This document shows positions 62,623 through 64,000 of a DNA stretch of 64,000 nucleotides, in pieces (the stretch's first letter is position 1; each line of letters begins with the position of its first letter). The DNA lies in the NCBI GenBank assembly GCA_965215365.1, contig CBDCDS010000001.1:1-64000 (forward strand). The letters are read 5' to 3'. This stretch comes from Gammaproteobacteria bacterium (GTDB lineage: Bacteria > Pseudomonadota > Gammaproteobacteria > Eutrophobiales > Eutrophobiaceae). The notes under the pieces were generated by a model. The model searched no databases, was not told where the DNA came from, and saw only the letters and a program-made list of their open reading frames with translations. The position numbers were made by a program, and so were the translations under genes.

Positions 62623-63828
62623 CTATGCTGCCCTGCATAATTTATCGTTGAACAGTCCATTTGTTGACAACTCGCCGAGCACATTATCTATCAAGGCCAC
62701 TGCGTCATCAACATCGGCGTCTGTAGTATCAAAACCAAGGCTGAAGCGGATGGACGCGTCGGCGGTTTCAGGAGAAAGACCGATGGCTTTGAGAACATGG
62801 GAAGGCTCTGGAATACCTGACGTGCAAGCCGATCCGGTCGAAGCCGCAAGATGTGGCTGCAGCGCTTGTAAAATATCCTGTGCAGTAAAACCTGCGAAGC
62901 ACATATTGGCATTACCCGGATGGCGGGCTGCGGCGCCAGCGCCATTTACCCCGATTGACCATGGCAGGCTTGCCATTTTTCTTACAAAGCGATCTCGTCT
63001 CTGACGCAGCCGCGCGCGCTTTCCTACAGCTTCATTACTATTCAGAAACTCGGCAGCCGCCCCCATTCCGACACACAAAGCAGTTGGAATAGTACCGGCA
63101 CGCAGGCCATTTTGCTGCCCGCCACCATGGATAAGAGGTTCTAGGTGAGCTTGTAACTCGCGGCGGATATACAACGCTCCGATACCTTTCGGCCCGTACA
63201 TCTTGTGGGCGGAAAGGCTCAACAAGTCCACCTGCTCCGCAATTCCCCGTAAATCCATGGCAATCGGAGCCTGGGCAGCATCGCAATGAAATACAGCGCC
63301 GGCTTTTCTTACAAGGTCGGAAATTTTTCCAATGTCCTGAATGGTGCCGATTTCATTATTCACCGCCATAATGGAAACGGCAAGCACGTCATTGTCCAAC
63401 GCGCCCTCAAGCGACTCCAACAGCACACAGCCATGTTTATCAACGGGCAAACCATCTGCAGAAAAACCAGGCCTACTTGAAATAACACGTCCGGCCGCGA
63501 GCACACACTTGTGTTCAATATCACTGAGGATAAACCGTCTTCTACCACTTTCAGAACGGATATTGCGTTTCAGCCCAAGCAAGGCCATATTATTGGCCTC
63601 CGTAGCGCCTGAAGTGAATATAATTTCGTCCGAATCAGCGCCTATCAAATCAGCGATCTGTGCCGCCGCCTGCTCCACGGCAAGGGCACTTTTCCAACCC
63701 AGAGTATGGTCTGCCGAGTGAGGATTGCCAAACGACTCTCTGAAATAAGGCAACATCTCATCCAAAACCCGCTCATCGACCGGGGCAGTGGCTTGGTGGT
63801 CCAAGTAGATAGTTTCTGATATTTTCAT
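62623..63828 (-). CDS. Cysteine desulfurase (IscS/NifS-like, PLP-dependent)
   Basis: IYLDHQAT, FTSGATEANN, HCDAAQ, SAHKMYGPKG, STGSACTS; lower GC than backbone. Confidence 0.92.
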   Translation of the reverse strand: MKISETIYLDHQATAPVDERVLDEMLPYFRESFGNPHSADHTLGWKSALAVEQAAAQIADLIGADSDEIIFTSGATEANNMALLGLKRNIRSESGRRRFILSDIEHKCVLAAGRVISSRPGFSADGLPVDKHGCVLLESLEGALDNDVLAVSIMAVNNEIGTIQDIGKISDLVRKAGAVFHCDAAQAPIAMDLRGIAEQVDLLSLSAHKMYGPKGIGALYIRRELQAHLEPLIHGGGQQNGLRAGTIPTALCVGMGAAAEFLNSNEAVGKRARLRQRRDRFVRKMASLPWSIGVNGAGAAARHPGNANMCFAGFTAQDILQALQPHLAASTGSACTSGIPEPSHVLKAIGLSPETADASIRFSLGFDTTDADVDDAVALIDNVLGELSTNGLFNDKLCRAA

Positions 63829-64000
63829 TTAATTCAATAAGATAAGATACAAAACCCAAAAATACAAAAAACCTTACCTGAAAACACAAAAAACCTTGCT
63901 GTGCGGATAGATTGAATATAACACATCTCTTGCGTTAAAATTGAACTGGAGGATCTCTCCAGGAAGGAATAATGTTAACCATCAATACAGGATGCGTGAA

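Noticed and set aside
62623-63828. Naming the desulfurase dndA or iscS
   Set aside because: No dndBCDE, ssp or isc genes visible in the window; motifs alone do not discriminate.

Overview
GC-rich (roughly 60%) gammaproteobacterial chromosome segment. The abundant small TA modules, Rpn-like gene, RTX protein and MITEs resemble host-associated (e.g. sponge-symbiont) lineages, which is inference only. Housekeeping backbone: type I secretion operon (PrtD/PrtE/TolC-like), fabA-fabB, ispG, acs, a class III PHA synthase, a hopanoid cluster split in two (hpnH-hpnB-hpnM-mlaA and hpnL-sqs-hpnG-hpnN-CDP-alcohol phosphotransferase-hpnA), argS, glcB, prpD, tRNA-Gly, thiS-thiG-trmB-cysQ, tRNA-Phe, guaD, yggX-mutY-asmA-argH, a leucyl aminopeptidase and gloA. 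Accessory layer: at least three families of miniature inverted-repeat elements, an intact IS with a 9-bp target duplication, four apparently complete TA pairs plus a broken higBA, a 1162-aa RTX protein, and a VirB11/MobB/TrbM conjugation remnant. Most notable observations: (1) a MITE that frameshifts the T1SS adaptor gene but supplies an in-frame SD+ATG from its own terminus; (2) an apparent PhaE-fragment/PhaC fusion; (3) an accordion-like array downstream of the RTX gene where different TA pairs sit between direct repeats of a terminator plus a membrane-anchored coiled-coil gene; (4) a poly-G tract that switches the signal peptide of a Cys-rich secreted protein out of frame; (5) a nested MITE with an 8-bp duplication. 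All family assignments are from motif recognition by eye; no database searches were run.
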